DNA of 64,000 nt from Desulfobacterales bacterium (GTDB lineage Bacteria; Desulfobacterota; Desulfobacteria; Desulfobacterales; UBA5616): assembly GCA_046483495.1 (NCBI GenBank), contig JAWODC010000092.1, positions 64,001 to 128,000 of the forward strand, read 5' to 3'. Below are positions 1-9,318 of the stretch, in pieces (position 1 is the first letter of the stretch; each line of letters starts with the position of its first letter). The notes beneath the pieces are model-generated. The model saw only the letters and a list, made by a program, of their open reading frames with translations, was not told where the DNA came from and did not search any database. Made by a program: the position numbers and the translations under genes.

Positions 1-544
1 CCTCTCCATGGCCGGGGAATACCCGTGTTTGCTCGGGCAGTACGAAAATTTTCTCTTCGATGGAGGTCTTTATCTGCAAAAAGGATGCCGGAGACCAGGT
101 CTTTCCGGGCCCTCCCGGAAAAATCGTGTCGCCGGATATGAGAAAAGGGGCCCGGTAAAAGCAAATGCTTCCGGGTGTGTGCCCCGGCGTGTGCAGGACG
201 TGCAGGGTGAGATTGCCGATTCTGATATCATCACCGTGCTTCAGGAGAATGTCCGGTTGAACCGGCATTTGCCCTGCATCGGAAGCATGGGCCGCAACGG
301 GGGCCTTTAAATCGGATTTCAACTGGGCAAGCGCCCCGGTATGGTCCATATGGTGATGCGTCATCAGAATAAACTTTGGAAATGTCTCCTGCAAAGCGGT
401 ATGCACTTTTTGAGGTTCTCCAGGGGCGTCAACGACAGCACTTTCCTTCGTTCCCATACAGACAATGATATAAGCATTCGTGCCATAAGGACCGAGGGAC
501 ATTCGTTTGATAAAAAAATCCTGATCTTGCGCTGCGATATCCAT
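1..544 (-). CDS. MBL-fold metallo-hydrolase (glyoxalase II/YcbL-like), 3' end runs off window
   Basis: Not in ORF track. Manual translation from ATG 544 gives MDIAAQDQDFF...THHHMDH...HTPGHTPG...SGDTIF...PGHG, the MBL metal-binding motifs. Confidence 0.9.
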   Translation of the reverse strand, partial: MDIAAQDQDFFIKRMSLGPYGTNAYIIVCMGTKESAVVDAPGEPQKVHTALQETFPKFILMTHHHMDHTGALAQLKSDLKAPVAAHASDAGQMPVQPDILLKHGDDIRIGNLTLHVLHTPGHTPGSICFYRAPFLISGDTIFPGGPGKTWSPASFLQIKTSIEEKIFVLPEQTRVFPGHGE

Positions 545-632
545 CTTTTCCTCTCGTTTAAAGAATTAAAAAAATATCTTAATTTCTCCCAATTCGAAGA
601 AAGACACCGGCTATCTGTTCAGCTGCCTGTAG

Positions 633-1541
633 TTACTTGTAAAACATGGTCTGAAACCTGCCGTCCACCATCACTACGCGGGATGGATCATCTTTTCTAA
701 ACGGCTGCTTGTAGCCTTCAATGGTGTATTCCGGATCATGTGGCAGCTTAATGGCAAAACCGGATTCGGTTGAATAGAATTGCGGTAAAATAGGGCATAT
801 GGTTTTTTCAGCAGCAGCCTTAAAGACATGATCGATGCTTGAATAACCGCTGAGTTCTTCAATTGTTTTCAGCGTCGGCGGCATCAGCAAGATTTCCCCA
901 CCGGCATGTTTTTCCAATGCTTCCGCAGGTGTAAGCCACAGGGATTCGACCAGTTCAACGGCATCATGCATGGGTTTTTGGTGTTCCGGCATTCGGGCGA
1001 TGAAAAAACGGGTATCGAATCGTTTGCTTTCGATTTCCGGTGTAATCCAGCGGGCATATGGCCGCAAGAGATGGAATGTAAAGAAAATCGACAGTTTCCG
1101 GGCGATATCCTGCAGTGTCAGTTCGCCGCCATGCAGTTTTTTCCGATAGTCTGTTAAATACGCCTCGATCTCCGGATTTCCTGCCGGTCCAACGCTGTTT
1201 TCAGCAAAGTCGGCCAGTAAAACGCCGGCTTCTTCAAATGTTTCCCGCACCGCAGCAAAAAACAGCCCAATGGCTTTTTCTTTATTCGTTTCCGATTCGG
1301 CAAGCAGTCCGAAGGCGTCCTCCGCGGTAAGACCCTTCATCAGCGTCAACAGGACCGGATTGCAATCCGCCGGATCCAGGGCACCCCCGGGAAAGACAAA
1401 TGCACCGCCCATAAACCGCTGTTTTTTGTGGCGGCGCATCAGGAAAAGTTCAAATGGCTGTTTTTTGTTTTCTTTGAGGAGGATAACGGTTGCGGCATCC
1501 CTGGGTTCGACGGCACTGGATGGGGTGAATTTGTTTTCCAT
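633..1541 (-). CDS. NUDIX hydrolase (Nudt19-like)
   Basis: PRDAATVILL, FPGG, AAVRETFEEAG Nudix box, WITP...RFDTRFF. Confidence 0.85.
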   Translation of the reverse strand: MENKFTPSSAVEPRDAATVILLKENKKQPFELFLMRRHKKQRFMGGAFVFPGGALDPADCNPVLLTLMKGLTAEDAFGLLAESETNKEKAIGLFFAAVRETFEEAGVLLADFAENSVGPAGNPEIEAYLTDYRKKLHGGELTLQDIARKLSIFFTFHLLRPYARWITPEIESKRFDTRFFIARMPEHQKPMHDAVELVESLWLTPAEALEKHAGGEILLMPPTLKTIEELSGYSSIDHVFKAAAEKTICPILPQFYSTESGFAIKLPHDPEYTIEGYKQPFRKDDPSRVVMVDGRFQTMFYK

Positions 1542-1545
1542 AGGA

Positions 1546-1707
1546 TTATTCGTCTTTTTCTTGAGCTTCCTTTACGGCCTGGGCTACCGTTTCAAAAATG
1601 CTTTTGAACGCTTCGGGAAAGCCTGTCGGCGAAACTCTTCCGGTTTCAATGAATTTAACGACAATTTCCTTTGTCGTCCTGAGTATTTGTTCATCTGTTG
1701 ACTTCAT
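1546..1707 (-). CDS. 53-aa small protein resembling the N-terminal domain of Ros/MucR
   Basis: ATG 1707 preceded by AGAGGA; TKEIVVKFIETGRVSP..FPE.F..I pattern; ends 4 nt before the NUDIX start. Confidence 0.7.
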   Translation of the reverse strand: MKSTDEQILRTTKEIVVKFIETGRVSPTGFPEAFKSIFETVAQAVKEAQEKDE

Positions 1708-1942
1708 ACGTCCTCTTGGCTGAAAGTCTCCACAGTTCAACTCCGATTTGGAGTCCATGATGCCGGGTTCAATGGCCCTTTTCGGCGCCTTCAGGCGGTG
1801 CCGTCCAATGGGCTGAACCGAGGCGCCTTTGAATATGGATGCCGAAAATTCAATATAAAACAGATCTGATGTATTGTGTCAAGCCATGGCATTGCATCGG
1901 GAATGCTGAAGAGGAAAAAACCAACAAGTTGGCATCATAAAT

Positions 1943-1979
1943 AGAGAACGCCCCCGGCAATATTCCGGAAGCGTTCTCT
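1943..1979 (-). terminator. Hairpin, probable terminator of the OmpA gene
   Basis: AGAGAACGC...GCGTTCTCT inverted repeat with inner CCGG pair, just past the stop codon. Confidence 0.6.
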
Positions 1980-2004
1980 TTAGATTCGGGCCGGGTTGTG
2001 CAAA

Positions 2005-3255
2005 TTATTCAACCGGCACTTCGGTAATCGGTGTCAATTCGACCCGGCGGTTTTTCTGACGGCCTGCTTCTGTGTCATTGGGGGCGGTGGGTTTTTCCTC
2101 GCCGTACCCAACGGTGATCAAACGATCCCCTGCAATTCCCTTTTCGAGCAGATAATCCTTGACCGATTGGGCGCGTCTTTTTGAAAGCATCTGGTTGTAT
2201 TCCGCCGGACCGATGCTGTCGGTGTGCCCTCTTATTTCGAGTGCCATATCCTCTTGGCGGGTAAGGATGTCGTAAACATTGTCGAGCTCATCGGAGGCTT
2301 CGGGTCTCAGGGACGCTTTATCGAAGTCGAATAGAACCGTGGCATCGATCACCCAGCATCCGCACTCGTCAACCGTGGCGCCTTCCGGGGTTCCGGGGCA
2401 TTTATCCAGGTTGTCCGGTACGCCGTCGCCGTCACTGTCGATCGGGCAGCCGTCTTCATCCACCGCGACTCCTTCCGGTGTATTCGGGCATTGATCCTGG
2501 TCGTCGGGTACGCCGTCGCCGTCACTGTCAAGCGGGCAGCCGTCTTCATCCACCGCGACTCCCACCGGCGTATTCGGGCATTGATCCCTTGCATCGATAA
2601 CACCGTCGCCGTCACTATCCACCGGGGGTGGAGGCGCAGGCGCCGGTTCGGGTTCGGGAAGGATTTCCTCTTCCGTTTCACCGCCGAAAACCAGGGTGCC
2701 GCCAAAGGCCCAGGACCAATGGATGTCTTTGCCCTCGTCGCCCACATCGCCGAGACCATCCACGCCCATCATGTAACGGGCATCCGCCCTTATGGCGAAA
2801 CGCGGAAGTATGAAAAAATTGAACCCAAGGCCGACATTACCCAGGGCTTGGGTTTCACTGCTGCCTTTGTCCGGATTAAAGGACAGGGCGCCGAGGCCTG
2901 CGGCGATATAGGGAACGAACATGTTGTCCGGCGCCAAATGAACGAGAAGATCCAATTCATACCGGTAGACGTCGATATCACCGAGCCCCACATCGCTTTC
3001 CGGCTGCATATAGGAAAACAGTCCCTCCAATGTAAAGCTCTCGGTGATGTTGTAGCCGATACCCAGGGAAAACATATCCGGGAATTCCTCTTTATCCACC
3101 TCGAGGTCCGGATCCGTGGGATCGGGTTCGAAATTGAAGCTTCCGACCATGGGGGATATGCTCCATGCCCCTGGAATGATTTCGGCCGAACCACTGCCGC
3201 CCAGGGTGAACACAATCATCAGTACCCCTAATCCGATCACGAAAAGATGTTTCAT
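2005..3255 (-). CDS. OmpA/OprF-family outer membrane protein with thrombospondin type-3 repeats
   Basis: Signal peptide, beta-barrel region, Pro linker, three DSDGDGVxDxxDxCP repeats, C-terminal OmpA domain (GHTD, LSKRRA, NRRVE). Confidence 0.92.
   Translation of the reverse strand: MKHLFVIGLGVLMIVFTLGGSGSAEIIPGAWSISPMVGSFNFEPDPTDPDLEVDKEEFPDMFSLGIGYNITESFTLEGLFSYMQPESDVGLGDIDVYRYELDLLVHLAPDNMFVPYIAAGLGALSFNPDKGSSETQALGNVGLGFNFFILPRFAIRADARYMMGVDGLGDVGDEGKDIHWSWAFGGTLVFGGETEEEILPEPEPAPAPPPPVDSDGDGVIDARDQCPNTPVGVAVDEDGCPLDSDGDGVPDDQDQCPNTPEGVAVDEDGCPIDSDGDGVPDNLDKCPGTPEGATVDECGCWVIDATVLFDFDKASLRPEASDELDNVYDILTRQEDMALEIRGHTDSIGPAEYNQMLSKRRAQSVKDYLLEKGIAGDRLITVGYGEEKPTAPNDTEAGRQKNRRVELTPITEVPVE
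2431..2610. repeat. 90-bp intragenic tandem repeat (two near-identical units, plus a diverged third next to it)
   Basis: 2431-2520 and 2521-2610 share GGGCAGCCGTCTTCATCCACCGCGACTCC and TATTCGGGCATTGATCC. Confidence 0.9.
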
Positions 3256-3555
3256 ATTTTTCCTCCTTTCTCCATAATTAAATGTGTTACCATTCTCGTA
3301 CAGGAGACCTGCCTGGCATTCGAATCGGCTGCATGAAACCCGTTAAAGAGCGGTAACCGGCAGGCTGCCGGATTTATTTGTTTTCCTTCTGCGGCATACG
3401 CCCGCCATGCGGCAAGACAATCATACACTGTATAATCTTTCGTATTTATAAATAAAATACATGTATTCAAGTATTTGTCCCGTCAGAACCGAGTAAGCGT
3501 CAAGCCTGTCTGAAACGAAAATGAGTCAATTGTAAATGGATGAATCGTAAATCAG

Positions 3556-3700
3556 CCTCGATCCAATAACGGCCAATGCACACCATTGCTGCGTCGGTCG
3601 GAAAATATGAATCCTCAAAAGACTCGGCATATTCCTGCAGTTACAATGAAATTTTCATCGCCTTGAACGGAAGCGAATTTTTCTGTTTCCGTATGGACAT
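3556..3700 (+). repeat. Degenerate copy of the ~144-bp hairpin element family
   Basis: CTGCGTC-16nt-TCCTCA-16nt-CCTGCAG-19nt-GCCTTG motif order; ends resemble the 8297 copy. Confidence 0.65.
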
Positions 3701-3788
3701 AAATAAGGAATATCTGCACAGTCTGTTTGACAGAACGTATTGAATCATTTATTAAGAATACCACTTGTTACGTAAAGATTGAAAAGAA

Positions 3789-4190
3789 ATGGATCAGATG
3801 AATCAGATAAAAAACAATATCATATCCCCTGATCGGATTGCAAGCAATATCCTGGAAATTATTCAATATCAATACAAAACCGTCAGAGATATACACATTA
3901 CTATACGGCAGCCGGAATATACATCGGTCTGCCCCATGACGGGACTTCCGGACATGGGATGCATCACAATCGAGTACTGTCCGTCCGAATGGATTGTCGA
4001 GTTGAAGTCACTCAAGTATTATTTGCTGCAATACCGGAATGTGGGCATTTTCTATGAACATGCGGTAAATAAAATTCTGGAGGATCTCGTATCGGTTCTC
4101 AAACCGAAATGGCTGAAGGTCATCGGTGATTTTACCGCGCGTGGCGGAATAACGACTACCGTAAGGGCGGAATACAAGGAGAGACAATGA
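3789..4190 (+). CDS. queF: NADPH-dependent 7-cyano-7-deazaguanine reductase (preQ1 synthase), unimodular
   Basis: EYTSVCPMTGLPD catalytic Cys, ELKSLKYY QueF motif, ARGGI. Confidence 0.93.
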   Translation: MDQMNQIKNNIISPDRIASNILEIIQYQYKTVRDIHITIRQPEYTSVCPMTGLPDMGCITIEYCPSEWIVELKSLKYYLLQYRNVGIFYEHAVNKILEDLVSVLKPKWLKVIGDFTARGGITTTVRAEYKERQ

Positions 4191-5143
4191 CCTCAAAGAA
4201 TCGTAACCAAGACATTTTTCATATTATTATCCGCTGTTTCGTTTTTTTTATGGTTCCCATGCTGTTCGGGTGCGCATCGATGTCATCCCTCGTGGATACG
4301 ACGAAAAAAGTCGATATCCCGTTGATATCCTCCGGAAATGCTTACAAGAAGAAAATCGGCATACTCGCTCCGCAGTCGAATTCGAGCGATAGAGGTATGG
4401 AAACGGCCCGGCTTCTTCATGCCCGGGTAACGGAGCTTTTGTCAAAAAACGAGGGTGTTCTCATGATCGCTTATGATGACCCCGAGGCGCCGCCCTTTTT
4501 AGCTGCCCCGCCCCGCTCATCGGCCCTGAATGCCGTCGACAGTCTCATTTTGGCGGAGAAAAGCCGTCGAGAGGGATTCCTTGCCTGTGTCGGCGTAGCC
4601 GTTAAAGATGTCTCCGTTTTGGAGAAGAAAAGTGGATTCGCCTGGTTCAAAAATACCAAAGAAACGGCGCGGATCCGCATGACAGTGGATGTTTACGGAT
4701 CACGGACCGGGGCTAAAATCATGTGTGACGATTTTATCCGGGAAGTTGACCTTGAACCCGGTGAAAGGCAGAAGGTGGAAGAAGATGACTATGCAACGAT
4801 CGACAACGTCCGGGATGCCGTATCGGATGCCGGTAAAGATATCGCAAAAGCAATCGAGAAGGTGCTGAAAGATGAACCCTGGAGAGGGTTCGTCGTTGCC
4901 GTGGAAGACGGAAAGGCCGTTATTTCATCCGGATCGGAAGTCGGCATAAGCGTCGGCGATGTATTCGAGGTGCAGGATGTTTACGGCACGATTCAGGGTC
5001 CGGACGGAAACCGGTATCGCATTCCCGGCACCGCGGTCGATGAAATTGAGATTGTATCGGTTTCGGCCGGTGAATCCAGAGGAATATCGGTTCTGGAAAA
5101 ACAAATCGATGTGGGAAACACCATCCAGGTACGCCGCAACTAG
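4187..5143 (+). CDS. Lipoprotein of unknown function (C-terminus FlgT-like)
   Basis: Lipobox LFGC; overlaps queF stop (ATGA); C-terminal GSEVGISVGDVFEV. Confidence 0.7.
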   Translation: MTSKNRNQDIFHIIIRCFVFFMVPMLFGCASMSSLVDTTKKVDIPLISSGNAYKKKIGILAPQSNSSDRGMETARLLHARVTELLSKNEGVLMIAYDDPEAPPFLAAPPRSSALNAVDSLILAEKSRREGFLACVGVAVKDVSVLEKKSGFAWFKNTKETARIRMTVDVYGSRTGAKIMCDDFIREVDLEPGERQKVEEDDYATIDNVRDAVSDAGKDIAKAIEKVLKDEPWRGFVVAVEDGKAVISSGSEVGISVGDVFEVQDVYGTIQGPDGNRYRIPGTAVDEIEIVSVSAGESRGISVLEKQIDVGNTIQVRRN

Positions 5144-5169
5144 TGGCGGTCCATCCGGAAACGGCCGGT

Positions 5170-6168
5170 TCACTCATTCGAAGCGATACGAAACACATTG
5201 ACAGGTTTTTCCACCCCTTTGACATTCACCGGTGCAAGTGGATGATACAAAATGTTTTCATGAAGCTTTTCACAGGTGCGTTCACATATCAGGATCTCTC
5301 CGGCATTCGCCATGCTTTCCAGCCGTGAAGCGATATTGACGGCCAACCCGATGGAGGTGAATTCTTTTTTCCTCAACGAGCCGAGGATACCTGAATACAC
5401 GCATCCCGTACTGATGCCGATACCGATTCCGAGTTCCAAGCCGCTGGTTTCTTTGAGTCGATCATCGATTTCGGCTGCTTTTTCCTGCATGTTCAGAGCC
5501 GCCTGAACAGCCCTGTCCGCGTCATCTTCACCGGCAAAGGGGGAGCCGAACAGGACCATTATGGCGTCGCCGATATGTTTGTCGATGGTGCCGTTGAATT
5601 GATGGGCGATTTCCCCCATCGGGGTGAAATAGTGATTGTTGAGGAAAAAGGCGACCGCCTCGGGAGATGCTCTTCGACATAAGCCGGTAAAATTGCGAAT
5701 GTCTGAAAAGAGAACGGTGACTTCGGTCTGGGTCGGATTCAGAAGGCCGGAAGAATGTTCGAGTTGACTGTATACCGGCTCCGAGATGAATTGTCTGAGA
5801 TATTTACGAACCGTGATTTCATGTATTTTTAATTTTAACTCTCGGTTGTCGAAGGGTTTGGTCAGAAACCCGTCAATTCCCTGATTTGCTGCTGCAACAG
5901 CGGCGTCCAGTGTGGCATAGCCGGTTAGAATGATGCGTGTAACGGACGGATTTATCTCACCTATGCGGAGCAGTGTTTCGAGGCCGTCGATACCGGGCAT
6001 TTTGAAATCTGAAATGACGGTTGAAATCTTGGAAATATACTGCTTAATCATCGACACCCCTTCTTCGCCGTTTTTCGCCGAGAATTTTTCGTAAGGTTCG
6101 CGTTTCAACGCGCGCAGGATGGAGCGCCTTATGCCTTCATCATCATCGATTATTAGGATTCCCTGCAT
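5170..6168 (-). CDS. Receiver-domain class III adenylate/guanylate cyclase
   Basis: Start MQGILIIDDD; REC (ISDFKMP); cyclase motifs FSDIRNFT, DKHIGDAIM, VNIASRLE. Confidence 0.9.
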   Translation of the reverse strand: MQGILIIDDDEGIRRSILRALKREPYEKFSAKNGEEGVSMIKQYISKISTVISDFKMPGIDGLETLLRIGEINPSVTRIILTGYATLDAAVAAANQGIDGFLTKPFDNRELKLKIHEITVRKYLRQFISEPVYSQLEHSSGLLNPTQTEVTVLFSDIRNFTGLCRRASPEAVAFFLNNHYFTPMGEIAHQFNGTIDKHIGDAIMVLFGSPFAGEDDADRAVQAALNMQEKAAEIDDRLKETSGLELGIGIGISTGCVYSGILGSLRKKEFTSIGLAVNIASRLESMANAGEILICERTCEKLHENILYHPLAPVNVKGVEKPVNVFRIASNE

Positions 6169-6466
6169 GTGATCCTGCCGATAGTGTAACCTGAAATCAT
6201 TTCCGTTCCGAATACCGAAAATCTTGAAAAACATACCCAATAAAACGCCTTTATTAATATATATAATTACATATGTCAAGAACTGGATGGATCGGCTCGT
6301 TTCTTCTGAAAACGGAGAAACCGGACTGCCGATAACAAAATGATGAGCCCCCCATGGAATTATGGGGACGCCGTCGAAGTTTCCTTGAAGCTTATGCAGC
6401 ATCCTATCTTGACTCTTTTCAATCAAATCAGTAAGTATGATCAGACGATAAACAAGGAGAACCCCT

Positions 6467-6799
6467 ATGTTCGGTATTGGAATGCCGGAACTCATTTTAA
6501 TATTGGCTATTGCACTTATCATTTTCGGCCCGAAGAAACTTCCCGATCTGGCGAAGTCCCTTGGGAGGGCCATGAATGAATTCAGAAGAGCCACCTACGA
6601 AATCAAGGATTCGCTCGACCTCGACAGTGAGATAAAGGAGGCAAGGAAAAATATCGACACGATCAAAACCGACATCACTTCTTCCCCGACGAACCAAGGT
6701 GCACCTGAGATGAACCGCAAGGAATCCGAAAAGAACGACCCTTCCCCCTCTGCCGATTCGACTGCCGCTGATGAAAGGGATTCCAAAACAAATGGATGA
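6467..6799 (+). CDS. tatA: Twin-arginine translocase TatA/TatB-family subunit
   Basis: MFGIGMPELILILAIALIIFGPKKLP; RBS AAGGAG. Confidence 0.88.
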   Translation: MFGIGMPELILILAIALIIFGPKKLPDLAKSLGRAMNEFRRATYEIKDSLDLDSEIKEARKNIDTIKTDITSSPTNQGAPEMNRKESEKNDPSPSADSTAADERDSKTNG

Positions 6800-7538
6800 A
6801 GATGAGAAGATCACGTTTACGGAACATCTGGAGGAATTAAGAAAACGGTTGATCATATCTTTTATCGCCGTTGGGGTTGGATTCGCCGTATCATATGGAT
6901 TCAAGGAGGACATTTTCAAGATGCTCACCCGACCCCTCATTGCTGTTATGGGAGAGGGTGACAAGCTTATCTTTACCGGTCTTCCCGAAGCATTTTTTAC
7001 CTATTTGAAAGTGGCGCTCCTTTCGGGCCTTATGCTGGCGGCTCCTGTGGTGATTTACCAGTTTTGGATGTTTGTCGCTCCGGGTTTGTATAAGAACGAG
7101 CGGCGTATTTTATTGCCGATTGTCCTGCTGTCCTCCATTTTTTTTATCGGCGGATCGCTGTTCGGGTACTTTATCGTGTTTCCCTTCGGGTTTAAATTCC
7201 TGCTGGGGTTTGCATCCGAAACCATTCGTCCGCTCCCTTCCATGCGTGAATATCTTGGATTTTCAGCCAAGTTGCTGCTTGCATTCGGGGTGGTTTTCGA
7301 ACTGCCCCTGGTCCTGACGTTTTTGGCTCGCTTGGGAGTGGTCACGGTGGATACGTTAAAGAAGAACCGAAAATATGCCGTTCTGCTGTTTTTCATCGGC
7401 TCTGCAATTCTTACGCCGCCGGATGTAGTCACCCAGGTGATGATGTCCCTACCCCTGATGGTGCTTTATGAAATCAGCATTATCGGTGCAAAGTTTTTTG
7501 GAAAGAAACCAACCGATGAAGAGAAGGTCTCGAAATGA
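6792..7538 (+). CDS. tatC: Twin-arginine translocase TatC
   Basis: EHLEELRKRL, FVAPGLY, FELP, TPPDVVTQ, LYEISI. Confidence 0.96.
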   Translation: MDEDEKITFTEHLEELRKRLIISFIAVGVGFAVSYGFKEDIFKMLTRPLIAVMGEGDKLIFTGLPEAFFTYLKVALLSGLMLAAPVVIYQFWMFVAPGLYKNERRILLPIVLLSSIFFIGGSLFGYFIVFPFGFKFLLGFASETIRPLPSMREYLGFSAKLLLAFGVVFELPLVLTFLARLGVVTVDTLKKNRKYAVLLFFIGSAILTPPDVVTQVMMSLPLMVLYEISIIGAKFFGKKPTDEEKVSK

Positions 7539-7835
7539 ATTCAAGCATGAAATCGGGTTCGGGCGGTGCTTGTTTCGGTATGTGTTTCACACGGAACCAT
7601 CGGATCCCGATTGAGTCGATACAGTCGAACCGTGTGTTCTGAGTTGACAGGAACGGCTCCGGACTGATAAAAATCAGTTTAACTTTCTTTCGGTGTTTGT
7701 GGCGAGGTGGTAAGGGCGTTCACCGGCCATGATCCTATCCGCTCTGCCGTCGAAATGAAAGCCGAGAGATGAATGGGCTATTTGACAAGCAATGACGTCG
7801 ATCCATACACAACACGTGGAGAAAGGGGGCGTAGT

Positions 7836-8294
7836 ATGATTCGAAAGTGGGTTATGCTGGTGGTTGTCGCCGGCTTTTTTGCCGCGACGGCAATTTTTGC
7901 AGGAACTTCGGTGCCGGATGTCGTGGAAATGAAAAACCCGGCGTATGAGAAGCACACCCGGGGAATTGCGTCGTTTACCCATAAAAAACATACCGAAACG
8001 TATGGGATCGGCTGCGGGGAGTGTCACCATGACGATAGCGGAGAGCCCCTAACCGATCTGGAGTATGGGGATGAAGTCAAAAACTGCATTGAATGCCACA
8101 GCATCCCCGGTCAACCGCCCAGGGGCAAGGATGCCCCCAAGCTGACCGAGGCACAGAAGCTCGAATACCATGCCGAGGCCATTCACGAAAATTGCAGGGA
8201 CTGCCACAGAAAATATAACAAGGAAAAGGGCTTGAAAAGAAAAGACCCGGGATATGCTCCCACCACTTGCAGTCAATGCCATCCCAAAGAATAG
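7836..8294 (+). CDS. Periplasmic tetrahaem cytochrome c3 (class III)
   Basis: Signal peptide, FTHKKH, four CxxCH motifs (CGECH, CIECH, CRDCH, CSQCH). Confidence 0.93.
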   Translation: MIRKWVMLVVVAGFFAATAIFAGTSVPDVVEMKNPAYEKHTRGIASFTHKKHTETYGIGCGECHHDDSGEPLTDLEYGDEVKNCIECHSIPGQPPRGKDAPKLTEAQKLEYHAEAIHENCRDCHRKYNKEKGLKRKDPGYAPTTCSQCHPKE

Positions 8295-8296
8295 TT

Positions 8297-8440
8297 AGTG
8301 TTCATCCAGAAATAGGCAGTTTCGCGTGAGTTCAAGGCGGGCGCAAGATCGAAACCGCAGGAATCGTGTGCTATTTTGAGGATTTCGATTTTGCGTCCAA
8401 CGCAGAAATCGCGTGAAAGGGCCATTTATGGATGGACACT
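8297..8440 (-). repeat. 144-bp palindromic element (MITE/REPIN-like), copy A
   Basis: Imperfect terminal inverted repeats AGTGTTCATCC...GGATGGACACT; nearly identical to 16369-16511. Confidence 0.92.
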
Positions 8441-8478
8441 GTTAGATAAAACAGGTGAACCGGCATCGGGCAGCGTTT

Positions 8479-9318
8479 TCAGTTTTCCCTGATGCCGGTC
8501 ATTTTGAATCCGACCGCCGCCCATCCTTTTTCATCTTCCAGGAAAATTCTTTCAAACCGTTCCGGCCTGTAAACCGATACAATATCCGCCATTTCTTTAC
8601 ATTTGATGCCTGAAAAGACCAAAAAAGACCCGGGCCATGAAATAGCCGGCAACAGAGGAGCCAGCTGAATAATGCCGGTGAACCGAAGATTGGCGGCAAT
8701 CAGGCAAAAGCGGGTGTCCAGACATTCAGCGGTTTTTTCTCGAACATCGAGGGCGCCGGTTAAATGATTCAGCTCGATGTTATGTCGAGCCTCGGCTACG
8801 GCGTTCGGATCGATGTCGATGCCCAACCCGTTGCAGCCCGTCAGTTTAGCAGCTGCAAGAATCAGAATGCCGGAGCCGGTTCCGACATCCAGGCAGGTGG
8901 GGTACTGAAAGGATGTCCTCAATGCGCATGCGATACGGTCGATGGCCCTGACCGCCAGGCGGGTCGAGGGATGCCGTCCGGTGCCGAAAGCGGCGCCGGT
9001 CATCAGGTTGATAACGACTTCACCGTTGTTCAGCACATAGGTTCTTTCAGGCGGTTTGACGATCACGCGTTTCGACATGCGGACCGGTTTGAGAATCGAC
9101 GGTTCGATAAACGTGCAGCCGTATTCATTCGTATAGGAAAGGGTCTCCTTTTTAACCAATTCATGGATGATTCTTCTGGACTGCTTCCGTGTGATCGAAA
9201 ATCGGCAATGGATTCGGTGTTCCAGGGCGTGGGGCGTAATTTTGCGGTTGGACGATGAAAACATTTCAAGGATTCCGGATTCAAACCCACCGGAATCTTC
9301 ATAGTGCCGATAATTCAT
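8479..9318 (-). CDS. PrmA-like SAM-dependent protein methyltransferase with atypical N-terminus
   Basis: GAAFGTGRHPST, LDVGTGSGIL, GIDID, AANL, FSGI. Confidence 0.85.
   Translation of the reverse strand: MNYRHYEDSGGFESGILEMFSSSNRKITPHALEHRIHCRFSITRKQSRRIIHELVKKETLSYTNEYGCTFIEPSILKPVRMSKRVIVKPPERTYVLNNGEVVINLMTGAAFGTGRHPSTRLAVRAIDRIACALRTSFQYPTCLDVGTGSGILILAAAKLTGCNGLGIDIDPNAVAEARHNIELNHLTGALDVREKTAECLDTRFCLIAANLRFTGIIQLAPLLPAISWPGSFLVFSGIKCKEMADIVSVYRPERFERIFLEDEKGWAAVGFKMTGIREN

Noticed and set aside
3700..3788. preQ1 riboswitch upstream of queF
   Set aside because: No recognisable preQ1 stem-loop; only a plausible TTGACA promoter and an A-rich leader
6169..6594. N-terminal extension of the cyclase ORF (474 aa in the track)
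   Set aside because: Overlaps tatA on the opposite strand; the receiver domain begins at ATG 6168
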